A stretch of 64,000 bases of DNA. It comes from Octopus sinensis. Lineage: Eukaryota. The stretch is taken from assembly GCF_006345805.1 (NCBI RefSeq), contig NC_042999.1, positions 62,744,001-62,808,000 of the forward strand. The letters run 5' to 3'. Under the pieces are notes generated by a model. That model made no database searches, was not told where the DNA came from, and was given only the letters and a program-made list of their open reading frames with translations. This document shows positions 12,255 to 25,065 of the stretch, one piece after another (position 1 is the stretch's first letter; each line of letters starts with the position of its first letter). Made by a program: the position numbers and the translations under genes.

Positions 12255-12745
12255 TCATCATCATCATTGTTTAACGTCCGCTTTCCATGCTAGCATGGGT
12301 TGGACGATTTTGACTGAGGGCTGGCGAACCAGATGGCTGCACCAGGCTCCAATCTTGATTTGGCAGAGTTTCTACAGCTGGATGCCCTTCCTAATGCCAA
12401 CCACACCGAGAGTGTAGTGGGTGCTTTTTACGTGCCACCAGCACAGGGGACAGTCAGGTGGTACTGGCAACGACCTCGCTTGAATCTTTTTACACATGCC
12501 ACCAGCACAGGTGCTAGTAAGGCGACATTGGTAACGATCACACTCGAATGGTGCCCTTTTACGTGTCACTGGCACGATCACACTCGGATGGTGCTCTTGG
12601 CACCCTACTAGCACGGGACACAAGTGCCAGTAAGGCGATGCTGGTAATGATCACACTCGGATGGTGTCTTTTATGTGCCACTGGCATGGAAGCCGGTTAG
12701 CCGCTCTGTCAACGATCACGCTCGTATGGTGCTCTTTGCACCCTG
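12255..12745 (-). mobile_element. RTE 3'-end element copy
   Basis: (CAT)n...TTTAACGTCCGCTTTCCATGCTAGCATGGGTTGG followed by multiple internal units. Confidence 0.8.
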
Positions 12746-13023
12746 CTTGTACGCTCAAAGAGAAATACATTTTACTACTATAAGTAAGCTTCTCACCTTC
12801 TTACCTGGGTTACTGACCTTAGATATCACATTTCACACTTTCAAGAACTATATTCTTAACTTCAATGGCCAACTTAGTTGGTCATTCTCCCATTTCATAG
12901 TTGGCCTCGACAGACTTCAACCACATCCTTACTGTATTCTTGGGATATTCTATTGTTTGTAAAATTTCTTCTCATTTGATGATTAAAGTCTTTTGTAATG
13001 GAGTAATGTTCTCATATAAAAAG

Positions 13024-13345
13024 AATAATAATAATGAAATTATTGTATACAGTGCTCAGGTGCACCACAACTTGTCAAAAGTGCATATAAAGCATATGCA
13101 GTAATGTACAAATGTCTGGAAAGTGAACAGTGTATGAGTCATATACATGCTTGCGTGTGCATGGAGGGGAGAAAATCAGGTGTAGTGTTGGCGAATCTCA
13201 GGAAGCATGGAAGTTTTGAAGGATGCAGTGCTCTGACAACTAACAACTGATGCTGGCAGTTTGTTCCATGCTTCAGCAACTCTTAGCGTGAAAAAATGTT
13301 TCCGAAAGTCATGGGAGCTGTGCTGTTTTCTGACTTTATCATTCT
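13024..13345 (-). mobile_element. CR1-clade LINE 3' end
   Basis: Minus translation KVRKQHSSHDFRKHFFTLRVAEAWNKLPASVV, the CR1/L2-type FF..RV...WN.LP motif, with an (ATT)n tail. Copies at 21470 and 52905. Confidence 0.85.
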
Positions 13346-13519
13346 TCTATTAAAAACTTAAGTAAGAAACAGTTGTAATGAGCTGACAGTTATCTATTGT
13401 ATGTTATTATTCATTTGATTATATATGTACTTATGTATATAAGTAGGTATATGGAAGGGCATCCAGCCATAGGAACCATAACAAAACTGACAATTGGGCC
13501 TGGACAGCTCTCTAGTAAG

Positions 13520-13925
13520 AGTGGCTGTGTGGTAAGTAGCTTGCTTACGAACCACATGATTCTGGGTTCAGTCCCACTGCGTGGCACCTTAGGCAAGTGT
13601 CTTATGCTATAGCCCCAGGCTGACCAAATCCTTGTGAATCGATTTGATAGATGGAAACTGAAAGAAGCCCGTCGTATATATATGTATATATGTGTGTGTG
13701 TGTGTATATGTATATGTGTGTGTGTTTGTGTGTCTGTGTTTGTCCCCCCAACATCGCTTGACAACTGATGGTGGTGTGTTTACGTCCCCATAACTTAGTG
13801 GTTTGGCAAAAGAGACTGATAGAATAAGTACAAGGCTTACAAAGAATAAGTCCTGGGATCGATTTGCTTGACTACAGGCAGTGCTCCAGCATGGCCACAG
13901 TCAAATGACTGAAACAAGTAAAAGA
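13520..13925 (+). mobile_element. SINE family A copy
   Basis: Same head, body and tail as 4114-4478. Confidence 0.85.
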
Positions 13926-14044
13926 GCTCCTGTCAAACTGTCCAATCCATGCCAGCATGGAAAACATATATTGAATGATGATGATGATGATGATGATATC
14001 TGCATATATATAGATATAAATTTATGCGTGTATAAATGTGCATA

Positions 14045-14320
14045 TGCATGGCCTAGTGGTTAGAGTGTGACCCTTATGATCACGAGATCGTGATTTCATA
14101 TCCCAGGCTGAGTGGTGCATTGTGTTCTTGAGCAAAACACTTCATCTCACTTCATTGTTCTGCGATCACTTCGACACTTGATGCATGGTACACTGTGCAT
14201 CTGTTCGAGCAACAGTGATTTAATGGAAGGAGTCGGCTAATATACGGCACATGCATTTGATCACTATAAATAAATCATTTGTGCAGAGCATATCGTCTTC
14301 AGTGGGAGAATCCATCATAT
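14045..14320 (+). mobile_element. Older tRNA-derived SINE
   Basis: TGGCCTAGTGGTTAGAGTG (A box), a B-box-like segment, then GTGTTCTTGAGCAAAACACTT. Confidence 0.6.
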
Positions 14321-15441
14321 ATATATGTGTGTGTGTGTACTCTATGCATAATGTGTTTTATGAATGTTTATGAAGAAGTAATTGATATCAATGTACATAC
14401 ATATAGATAAAATGCTACATTATACTTGTGGCTTCGGTGAAAGAGACAATAATGTTGTGAAGTAGGTCAGTTACATAGCAAACCTCAACTGTTGTATTCC
14501 ACTCAAGCTCGCTTGAATGTTTGTGTTTTAGAAGTGCTCTGTTTGGAAGAAATTGTATAAAAATCCATTAATGCAGAATCTTTGTAGTGTGTTTGTGTGT
14601 GTAAGAATGCATGTTTGTGTTTACAAGCCTGAATATATGTTGAGGATGTGTATGTGGTACTTCATGTTGATCCGTTTCTGTATTTGCATAAATTCTTGCA
14701 TGTTCATGTTGGTGAGTGTGTACTGACATCTAGGTATTTATAATCTATGTCAGTGTGTATATGACTGTCTGCATAAAGATGTACTACTGTCTAGGTCTGC
14801 ATCTGTATACATACATACATACATACATGTGTGTGTGTGTGTGCATGAATATGTATAGCCCCTATATACACATAAATGCATGGCTGCAGTCAAATGACTG
14901 AAACAAGTAAAAGAATAAAAGAATATATATGTCTGTGTATATATACACTCACTCACACATGCATGCACACACACACACACATGCATGCAAACTCATATAT
15001 AGTTAAATGAGAAGATTACCTAACTAGTTTCACCCTTGATAAATCAGGTCAGGGGTTGTTCACCTCTCATTTCAACTGTCAAAGATGAGCAGAATATACT
15101 ATTACTAGTATAAAGAAATTTACTTACAAAATTGACAGCCAAGATTTGGCTGCTATTTCTAGAAGGCCAAACATTCATATAGAGGCCTCCTTAATGGCTG
15201 AAAAGATTTTTTTAAAAAAAAACTATCATCATAGGAGAAACAACATTACATAATTTACTGGGTTTGTGTGCAATAATTCAGAGATAGATACAATGCTGTG
15301 TTTTTTCATAATATCTCTTTTGTTGCCACAAGAAAATTTTAACCATTTTACTGTGGATTTCAGATATAGCCACTCAAAATTTCACTACCTTTAACTACTG
15401 AAAGCAGTTTTATATACCAATCTCCATTTTGTTGTAGAATG

Positions 15442-16245
15442 TCATCATCATCATCATCGTCGTCGTTTAACGTCCACTTTCCATGCTAGCATGGGTTGGA
15501 CGGTTTGACTGTGGGCTGGCGAACCAGATGGCTGCACCAGGCTCCAATCTTGATCTGGCAGAGTTTCTACAGCTGGATGTCCTTCCTAACGCCAACCACT
15601 CTGAGAGTGTAGTGGGTACTTTTACGTGCCACCGGCACGGGTGCCAGTCACGCAGTACTGGCAATGACCTCACTCGAATTTTTACTTGGATCATAGAGTG
15701 ACCTGCTGTTCTTGAGGAGACCTGTTGAGTCAAGTTCGTCAACATGAAAAAATTCGAATGGAAATTGTAGTTAAGACACCCGTACCGGTGACACGTAAAA
15801 GCACCATTTGAGCGTAGCAGTTACAAGCATCCATGTCAGTGACACGTAAAAGCACCAACCGATCGTGGCCGTTTACCAGCCTGCTCTGGCTCCTGTGCCA
15901 GTGGCACTTAAAAAGCACCTACTACACTCACGGAGTGGTTGGCGTTTGGAAGGGCATCCAGCTGTAGAAACACTCCCCAACTCAGACTGGAGCCTGGTGC
16001 AGCCTCCATGGCTTACCAGACCCCAATCGAACCGTCCAACCCATGCTAGCATGGAAAACGGACGTTAAATGATGATGATGATGGACCAGTCAGGCGGTAC
16101 TGGCGACGACCTTGCTTGAACTTTTTTACAGATGCCAATGGCACAGGTGCCAGTAAGGCGATGCTGGTAACGATCCCGCTCGAATGGTGCCTCCTACATG
16201 TCACTGGCACGGAAGCCAGTTAGCTGCTCTGGCAACAATCATATT
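15442..16245. mobile_element. Cluster of three RTE 3'-end copies in -, +, - orientation
   Basis: About 15442-15690 (-), 15700-16080 (+) and 16085-16245 (-), judged from the position of the tail and palindrome. Confidence 0.75.
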
Positions 16246-16741
16246 TGAAACTAATTTTTGTTGAGATATGTTGAGTTTATTGAGGGAACATGACTTGCAA
16301 AAAATACCAATTCTATTTTTTTGGTAGATATTTGACATCATTACTGGAATAACCGTGCAATTTAATTTCACAGTTATAGGGTTGAATCAGTAATGTAAGG
16401 TAATGAAACACTTTTCAACTATACAGTGAGTAATTCTGTCTATACCAGTAATATATTCTTCTCTGTGGTATCCATTGAAAGCTAGAAGGATTAGACTACT
16501 TAGTAAAATATATGTTTCAGTTAAAGTACTGTACTGAGGAGTCGTCAAATCTTCAGGTCAGATAATTAAAAGAGAAAATAGTATTTCCAAAGCCATGAGG
16601 GATTAAGAGCCAGTATTTAACTTCTGTTTCATCAAACCTTAAATCTTCTACTGAGTGAGATGTTGCTATCCGTTGTAAATCTCATAAATGATTTAGTCAT
16701 GCCTGACAGAAGGATTTGGAGACAGGAAGTTAAGTTTAATG

Positions 16742-17334
16742 TGGTGGTCCTCAACTGAGGTCCATATGACCCTTTAGGGTCCATGTAAGATTTTGTTAAA
16801 AATTATGTGCAATAAATTGGTTATACTCCTACAATGTGAAGGCACATGGCTCAGTGGTTAGAGTGTCGAGCTTACAATCATGAGGTTGTGAGTTTGATTC
16901 CCGGACTGGGCTGCATGTTGTGTTGTTGAGCAAGACACTTTATTTCACTTTGCTTCAGTTAATTCAGCTGTAGAAATGAGTTGCAACATCACTGCTGCCA
17001 AGCTGTATCGGCCTTTGCCTTTCCCTTGGATAACATCAGAGGGGAGGCCGGTATGCATGGACGACTGCTGGCACTCCATAAACAACCTTGCCCAGACTTG
17101 TACCTCGGAGGGTAACTCTCTAGGTGCAACCCCATGGTCATTCATGACTGAAGGGGGTCTTCCCACTCCTACAATACACAAAATATTTTAATATTTTTAT
17201 ACACTTCCTAATAATATTCAGCTATAGAAATATAATGGGATTTTTAAAACATCAAATGGTTATGAGGGTTCATCTGAGTAAAACAGGAATCCCAGGGGTC
17301 CACAGGTAAAAAAAAAAATGGTTGAGAACAACTG
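16742..17334. mobile_element. hAT-like MITE interrupted by a SINE
   Basis: The ends TGGTGGTCCTCAAC and GGTTGAGAACAACTG resemble CAGTGGTTCTCAACC-type TIRs. Confidence 0.55.
16836..17164 (+). mobile_element. tRNA-derived SINE with an 11 bp target-site duplication
   Basis: ACTCCTACAAT at 16825-16835 and 17165-17175; head GGCTCAGTGGTTAGAG...GTTTGATTCCC. Confidence 0.85.
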
Positions 17335-18626
17335 GTTTAATGGCGAAAACACACAACAAAACATGTAGTTCAATATCTTATCCACTCAACTTTGTGATAA
17401 GCTGACTGAAACCTTATCAAGCCAGCTGTCTCTCTCAATACAAAGCTGTTGGTGTTATGTAAGAGCTTGATGTACATACATGAATTTGCAAAGTAGAGAA
17501 AGAGAACAACACACGAAGACACATGTAAAAATGGCAAAGGCTGATCTCAGGGTATTGAACCTCACAGAAATGGCAACAAAAGAACCATGATGATTTGGCG
17601 GTGGGAGGCATTGTATTGAAACTGACTTGTCCATGATAGCATGGAAAAGTAAGCATAATGTTGACAAGGATGATAATGATTTCGTGTAAACATGTCTAAG
17701 TTGAAAAGAGAATAGTGTCAGTTATGTAAGCTAATAATATTTGCTATGCACACGCACATGACCTGTCTGTGCTAATTTTTCAATAGCCCAGACAAAGCTA
17801 AATAGCTTCTTTCAATGCTATTATGATACTGGCAGGTCACATAATTTCTAGCTCTACTGATAGCTGGAATAATTACAACTGATGTTAAGGCTTAACCCTC
17901 AAGTCAAAGCTGTTGTCCTATTCTAACTGCAACCATTATGTTGTCTGTGAAGTACTTCCAACTACTTTATCTAACATAGCAGTTCTGAGACTTATTTTGC
18001 TGTGGAACCCTTATATGATTTTCCAAAAATCGTGGAACCCATACTTACATTTCACAGACAACAGTCACCACTATAATCTTAATATGATATTGTTTTAGAG
18101 AATTTATTCTTATAAAATACATGTATGACATGCATTTGAAGTGTTGAATGTTCTTTTTTTTTATAAAAGAAATTTTTATTAAATTTTATTAAAAGACTTA
18201 ATTTCCTGCAGAACCCCTGAATTATTTCAAGGAACCTGCTTCGAGAAACACTGATCTAATGTATCCTTTTCTTATTTTAAGATGGTAGGGTGTAATTTGA
18301 GGGGGATTCAACTGCTATTTTCAGCAGGTCAGGTGACTGTTGTCAGCTCATGTTTTTGTCATTATTGTCATTACTTGGGCCAAAGTTACCCCATAACAAA
18401 CAGATCTACAACCAACCTGTCTTTTGTGCAGTATCTAGGATTATATTATCTAATGCATCTTTACATCTTTAAAATGATAAGGTATAATCTGAGGCAAAAA
18501 TCTATCTGGTTCAGGTTCTCTCTCTCTCTCTCCTCTCACTCTCTCTCTCTTTCCTTTTCCCTCTTTAATAGATGTTCATAGTCATGTTGTGAAAGGAAAT
18601 GTGGTAAACCAGTTTTTATTTATATA

Positions 18627-20285
18627 GGCATAGGAATGGCTATCTGGTAGGTAGCTTGCTTACCAACCACATGGTTCCAGGTTCAGTCCCACTGCATGGC
18701 ACCTTGGACAAGTGTCTTCTACTATAGCCTCGGGCCGACCAAAGCCTTGCGAGTAGATTTGGTAGATGGAAACTGAAAGAATCCCATCGTATATCTGTGT
18801 TTGTCCCCCCCCAACATCGCTTGACAACCGATGCTGGTGTGTTTGCGTCCCCGTAACTTAGCGGTTCAGCAAAAGAGACCGATAGAATAAGTACTAGGCT
18901 TACGAGGGACGTTCAATAAGTAATGCCTCTGACTCACTTGCAGTTGTTTGATCTAGCTGAAATTTTGCATGTGCAATCATTTATATCTCTATAGAGTAAG
19001 TGGCAAATTACAGCTCTGAATTAATTGTGGTTTCTGATTTACAGGTGTTTGAACCGAGTCAAGTGTGAAATGGAGCCTGTTGAGTGTCGAGCAGTGATCC
19101 GGTTTTTGTATTTGAAAGGACGCACACCACGGGAGACTTTTGATGAAATGAAAGTAACTTATGGTGATGATGCCCCATCATATGACCTTGTAAAACGCTG
19201 GCATCGTGAATTCAAACATGGTCGGAACTCTGTGGAAACAGCTCCCAGATCTGGTCGCCCCCTTCTGCCATTGATGAGGCATCTGTCCATCAAGTTGAGG
19301 CTGCCATTTTGGAAGATCGACGCATAATTATTCGCCAAATAGCCCATGAGGTCAAGATTATTACCGGGTCTGTGGAAACTATCATTCATGACCATTTGCA
19401 TATGCAAAAGGTGTCTGCCAGATGGATTCCCAGGTTGCTCACGCCTTTCCAGAAGCAAGAACGCGTCGAGTGCTCGAGGGTGAATTTGGAGATGTGCCAA
19501 GAAGATGAGTTAAAATTTTTCAAAAGACTGATTACACAGAATGAAACCTGGGTCCATCACGATGATCCAGAGACCAAAGCCCAGTCAATGCAGTGGAAGC
19601 ACCGTGACTCACCCCCTCCAAAGAAGGCAAGGGTGCAGCCCTCCGCTGGCAAGGTCATGCTCACAGTCTTCTGGGACCAGGACGGAGTAGTGATGACAGA
19701 TTTCCTGGCAAAGGGTACCACAATTGCAGGAGCCTATTTTGCTTCACTTTTGAGGAAATTAAGAGAAGTTATCAAAATCAAGAGGCGGGGCAAGATCAGC
19801 AAAGGCATCCTCCTCCTGCAGGACAACGCTCCGGTCCACAACTCGCTTGTTGCCAGATCAGAAGCACAGGCGTATGGCTATGAACTCCTCCCCATCCCCC
19901 CTACTTTCCTGACCTTGCACCCTCTGATTTTCACCTCTTCCCAATCATGAAGTTGTTTTTGAAAGGAAAGCGTTTCCCAGATGATGCAGCCTTGATTTCT
20001 GAAGTCACGTTGAGGTTGGAGGACCAAGCTGGGTTCTTCTACAAAAACGGTCTCCAGAGCCGCATCAAACGGTGGGAGAAATGCGTAACTTTGGGTGGTT
20101 CCTATGTAGAAAAAGACTAATAACTGTGCAAAGTTTCGTTGCTCTACTGCTATGGGAAGTGGGTCAGGGGCATTACTTATTGAACGCCCCTCGTACAAAA
20201 GAATAAGTCCTGGGGTCGATTTGCTTGACTAAAGGCGGTGCTCCAGCATGGCCACAGTCAAATGACTGAAACAAGTAAAAGAATA
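18627..20285 (+). mobile_element. SINE family A split by a mariner insertion
   Basis: The SINE sequence GTACTAGGCT-TA resumes as TA-CAAAAGAATAAGTCCTGGGG after the mariner. Confidence 0.85.
18903..20193 (+). mobile_element. Full-length mariner (DD34D) element, 1291 bp, transposase frameshifted
   Basis: TIRs CGAGGG(A/G)CGTTCAATAAGTAATGCC(T/C)CTGAC(T/C)CACTT with a TA duplication. Motifs are WIPRLL, TQNETW (first catalytic D changed to N), LQDNAPVH and HPPYFPDLAPSDF after a frameshift; the coding region runs about 19070-20120. Confidence 0.95.
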
Positions 20286-20880
20286 AAAAAAAAGAATTAA
20301 AATTCACCAAACAAAGAGAAGGCTAAGTTTACTTATAATGCTAAATGATCAGGGGTGGGGCACAAAGATTTGGGAGCCCAAGGATGACAATGTTTAATTT
20401 GATTTGGGTCACTAAACTGTACTTAAACAGCAGATATGGGTGCAGGCTTTGCTGCATGGTAATTTTAAGGAGATCAAATAGTGAAAATCTACAAAATAAT
20501 AAACTAGATCTTCGTTTTACCTGTATGCATAAGAATACCTGCATGTTTAAATACTTTAAGGACATTAAACAACTTCTATAATAACCCCACCCAACCTTGA
20601 TCCAGTCTAATTTACTCCCTCTTTCGCTGACCCTTTAGTCAATAGATCTACCTATTTGTTTCTGAGTCCTCCTAGTCTCATTTTCCCTTTACCTATACCT
20701 TTTAACCAATCTTACTATTCTTGCATGGTATGCTATATAGAAGGAACAAACCATTCTATCTGTGGCGTACCCAGTATTATAGCCCTAGGTGAACCAAAGC
20801 CTTGTGAATGGATTTGGTAGACAAAAACTGAAAGAAACCGATCATATACGTCTGTCTGTCTGTCTCTCTATCTATCTATC

Positions 20881-21092
20881 TATCACCACCAACAACAGAG
20901 GCAGCACCATCACCACCACCACCATCACACCACCACCACCACCACCACCACCATCACCACCAACACCAATGACAACACAAGCATCCAACCCAGAAGAAAA
21001 AAACTAATACTCCATCCCCCATCAACCCATACATCACATCCCAACAACCTCCAACCAACACCAACAAAAACAACATCAACAACAACACACTC
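20881..21092. repeat. Low-complexity (CAC)n/(CAA)n tract
   Basis: CACCACCAC.../CAACAAC... run. Confidence 0.8.
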
Positions 21093-21469
21093 ACAAATTG
21101 ATCCTAATACCTTTCCCCTCCCTTCTTCTGATTCCTCCAACATATCGTTGGACTAAGGGCGATACAGAAGAATGGCAAATGGCCACAGGGGAGAAGAAAA
21201 GAGGAAAAGAAAAGAAAAGACACTCCATCAAAGCAAGAAGAGTCCCTACTCCTGAAAACAGCTTCCTCACAAATCACACACATTACTACCAACACTACCT
21301 ATTTCTTTACTACCCACAAGCTGCTAAATACAGAAGGGACAAACAAGGACATACAAATGGATTAAGTTGATTATATCAACCCCCAGTGCGTAACTGGTAC
21401 TTATTTAATCGACGCCGAACGGATGAAAGGCAAAGTTGACCTCGGCGGAATTTGAACATACACACATAT

Positions 21470-22425
21470 ATAATGATGAAAGAAATTGTTGTATACAGTG
21501 CTCAGGTACACTACAACTAAAAAGAAAAAAAATGGCCATCAGGTATACTGTTGGCAGATTTAAGGACACATGAAAGTTTTGAAGGATGTAGTGTCTCGTC
21601 AGCTAACAACTGATGTGGGTGGTATATTTCATGCTTCTGCAATTCTGAGCATGAAAAATTGTTTCCGAAAGTCATGGGTGCTGTGTTGGTTTTTTGATTT
21701 TATAAGCATGTCCGTGAGTGTTTGTCATATGGAATTCAAAAAGGTACCCAAGGTTGTTGTTGGAAATATGGTGTCAATCAAGTCAGTTGCCAGATGTCTG
21801 AGCTTCAATATATCCATGCCCAGGAATGCAAGACATTCAGATTATGGTAGATGTCTGACAGCAAGTATTCGCTTTGTTGCACATTTCTGAACAGTTTCCA
21901 GGAGATTTATATGCTGAGCAAGAGAAGGGTTCCAGACTGGTGATGCAAATTCCAAGTTTGGGTGTACCATTGTCGTATACAATTTTAAATAGATAGCTGG
22001 AGAGTGGCTGACAAAGGTCTTACTGGGTAATGCTAGTACCCCTCAGCCTTTTTGATAATCTTAGATATGTGGTTTGTCCAATGCAGATTGTTGTTTACAA
22101 TAATACCCAGATCATGTCCACTAGAAGACTTCTTGAGATTGATGTTGCTGAGGGAGTATGTAAAGGCTGGATTTTTCCTCCCAAAATGCATGGTGACACA
22201 CTTGTCTACAGCTAGCTTGAGTTCCCAGTAACAGGTCCACTGCTGCATTGTATCCAGGACTGATTGCAGGATAGAATCTATTCTTTTTATTTCAAGATAT
22301 AGCTTGGTGACATCTGCATATTTCAGTACTGAAACATTCTTCAAATTGGCATCTATATCATTAATATATGCAACCAACAGTAAGAATCCAAGAACACTGG
22401 CAATTTTCCAGGAATTCTCATCCTC
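21470..22425 (-). pseudogene. 5'-truncated CR1-clade LINE with a decayed RT C-terminal half
   Basis: YINDIDANLKNVSVLKYADVTKLY...KCVTMHFGRKNP...DLGIIVNNNLHWTNHISKIIKKA (YADD-like motif); same 3' end as 13024. Confidence 0.88.
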
Positions 22426-22705
22426 AAAATAAGAGTAGAGGAACATCGCAAAGCTGTGACACGAGGAGATATTGATAAATCGGGTATAGCTGATCATGTA
22501 TGGAAAAATGGAGACCACCTCTCCCTGTGGGATGAAGTTAAAATAATAGACAGAGAACACCACTGGAAAATACGAAAACTAAAAGAAGCAGCACATATGC
22601 TTGGATACAACAACCTCCTAAGCAGACCGAGTGCAAATATGAGTAGCATATGGGAACCAGTATCAAGGAAGGATAGGAAAATATTAGACTTATAAGCCCT
22701 AAAAT

Positions 22706-22772
22706 TCACTACATAATGGTTAAGAGTGAGGGCTACTAACCCCAAGATTCCGAGTTCAATTCCAAGCAGTGA
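22706..22772 (+). mobile_element. tRNA-like short element with an (AAT)n tail inside the PLE 3' region
   Basis: TCACT/AGTGA closing stem, A box TGGTTAAGAG (22717-22726), B box GAGTTCAATTCC (22752-22763). Confidence 0.6.
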
Positions 22773-22872
22773 CCTGAATAATAATAATAATAATAGTAAT
22801 AGTAGTAGTAGTAGCAGCAGCAACATTGAAAAATACCTTAGGAATGAGAACCCAGGTTCAAAATTTTCCCAA

Positions 22873-22918
22873 GACACCTGATGAAGGCTGGAGAGTATAT
22901 CAGCTGAAATGTTATGTT
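22873..22918 (+). ncRNA. Minimal type I hammerhead in the PLE (partly decayed, HH-e)
   Basis: GACAC CTGATGA A GGCTG gagagtatat CAGCT GAA ATGT T ATGTT. The core and stem II are retained; stem III (ACGT to ATGT) and stem I show transition damage. Confidence 0.7.
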
Positions 22919-23010
22919 AACAACAAACAAGATGAGAACAAAATATCTGTCAAATATAAATAATGTACATAATTCCTCATCTCTTAAATATAGAACTGTG
23001 CCTACTGATC

Positions 23011-24382
23011 ATATTATGTATATTTGTAATGGCTTTTATGTAAGTAAGTCTCCTAATTATATACCCCTAGAAACTATAAAATCATATATGTGACATTGCT
23101 ACTTATAAAATCTCTTCAGTCTGAATACCTCTAACTCTTTTCTGGTTACCTTTGTCTCTACCTCAATTTTAATACACTGTCTCTTTAAATGTAGGTTATA
23201 TATATTTCTTATTATTTTCTATAAATTCTTATTATTTTATTTTTTTACTTTGATATCCTTACCTACTAATCTCATATCCCCTATAAGTTGTTACTGTTCT
23301 TAAATAGAGATTTTTCTGCTACTTAGGTCTATATGAGATGGTTATACAATATCCATATAAACATATAAATATTTGTATATGTGTATATATGCATATATGT
23401 GCATAACCTATTACCTCTTATCCCTTATAAATTGTTATCTTTCCTGTTCATAAATAGATACTTTTTAGTTACTTAAGTTTATGCGAGATGGTTATACTAT
23501 ATCCATATCAACATATAAATATTTGTGTATGTGTGCATGTCTGCACATAGATAAATATATTTATGTATCTGTATACATCTTTATTTTTTCTGATTCTTGG
23601 CTTATAATTATATAGACAGCATGTTTCTCTTTCCAGTATTCCATAAGTAAACGCCCTAAGCAGCTTTTATAGAAACCATCTAATCAGTAATTAAGTGCAT
23701 GAATGAATATTAAACTGATTCTATGTAATCTTTCCTTTTTAATGTTGATAATTGACATACATACACATTTACCTATTTTGGTTATGATATCATTTTTGAT
23801 AATCTTAAATTTTATTTTTATACAACATAACAACATTATTTATAAACAATCACCTCTGTATTAACTTCATAGGTTTTATTAGCATCTTGCTAATTTAACT
23901 GGTAATTAACATCATGATTTAGAGTCTTCCCTTACCCAGCTTCCTTTCATAGACAGTTACTCTATATCTAATTAACTACTCCTAATGTCTTTATTTATTT
24001 ATGACCATACCTAGCCACGAGCTGTCAACTCACTCTTGCCTTGCATTCTAAACACATGCCTCTAGTCTTAGATTTAGTTGTTGATAAAAAGACAAATAAA
24101 TTAGAAATGAATCACAATCCTTTACAAGCTATGACCCCAATGGAAGTGTAGTCTATTCTTAGCTACAATAGCAACAACATGGATTTCTTCCATCTTCTCG
24201 CTCTGTTAAAGTATTTGAGAAAAATTACATTAATGCGTCCAACTCATTAAAGTTCTATTCATTTGTGCAGCTGATGATAGCCCTTCATTTAAATTGATTT
24301 AATGACTGAATTGTTCAATTAAATGGAGCTGCTTGAAACAGTCGTACTGCATCATTTCTTGATATCCTGTTGCTTATTTTGA
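23011..24382 (+). repeat. 1.37 kb AT-rich non-coding repeat, copy 1 (hammerhead-bearing, pLTR-like)
   Basis: Colinear with 26067-27389 from ATATTA.GTA...GTAATGGCTTTTATG to ATATCCTGTT.CTTATTTTGA; by-eye identity is roughly 75-80%. Confidence 0.85.
24265..24352 (+). ncRNA. Type I hammerhead with intact core and extended stem II (HH-c)
   Basis: GTGCAG CTGATGA [long stem II 24279-24333] GAA AC agtc GT A CTGCAT. Stem I is GUGCAG/CUGCAU, and the predicted cleavage is after A24346 (GUA). Confidence 0.72.
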
Positions 24383-24477
24383 TTTTATTCATCTTACTTC
24401 AAGCTGTGCAGATAATACCGGACTGACTTGGTGCTTCAACTTAAGTACCTAATTCAACTGAATCTCAATTATTTATA

Positions 24478-24536
<59 letters not shown>

Positions 24537-24630
24537 GTGTATGTGTGTATGTGTGTATGTATGTATGTATAAAAGTGGTGAGGACAGAAATCCTTATACT
24601 TCATTTACTATACATACACACACACACACA

Positions 24631-24663
<33 letters not shown>

Positions 24664-24793
24664 AAAACTTACTTGGAGAAATAAGAAAGTGACGCGAGGC
24701 GTTCAATCATATAATAACAATTTAACAAATAAAACATATGCATACATACATATATGTATGTATGTATGCATGTTTTATTTGTTAAATTGTTAT

Positions 24794-24836
<43 letters not shown>

Positions 24837-24890
24837 TTATGTTTATATATATATATTATATATATATATATATATATGTATGTATATATA

Positions 24891-24921
<31 letters not shown>

Positions 24922-24979
24922 CAGGAAGCTTTACGAAAATAAATATGTTATTACATATATATATTTATATATTTATGTT

Positions 24980-25035
<56 letters not shown>

Positions 25036-25065
25036 ATATATGTGTGTGTGTGTGTATATATATAT

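Larger units (their letters stand above)
22427..22998 (+). mobile_element. Penelope-like element (PLE) 3' fragment: GIY-YIG endonuclease C-terminus plus 3' region with a hammerhead
   Basis: IRVEEHRKAVTRGDIDKSGIADHVWKNGDHLSLWDEVKIIDREHHWKIRKLKEAAHM matches the PLE endonuclease pattern R..EH....S.IA.H....H...W....II.RE..W..R...EA. Stop at 22695. Confidence 0.85.

Noticed and set aside
19025-19950. Active transposase genes (mariner here, Tc1 at 2655-3680)
   Set aside because: Both have frameshifts, and the mariner's first catalytic Asp is Asn.
21100-21290. Minus-strand polypyrimidine tract with a 42 nt exon-like segment (SNDMLEESEEGRGK)
   Set aside because: It lies between low-complexity tracts and SINEs, has a weak donor and no partner exons; likely chance.
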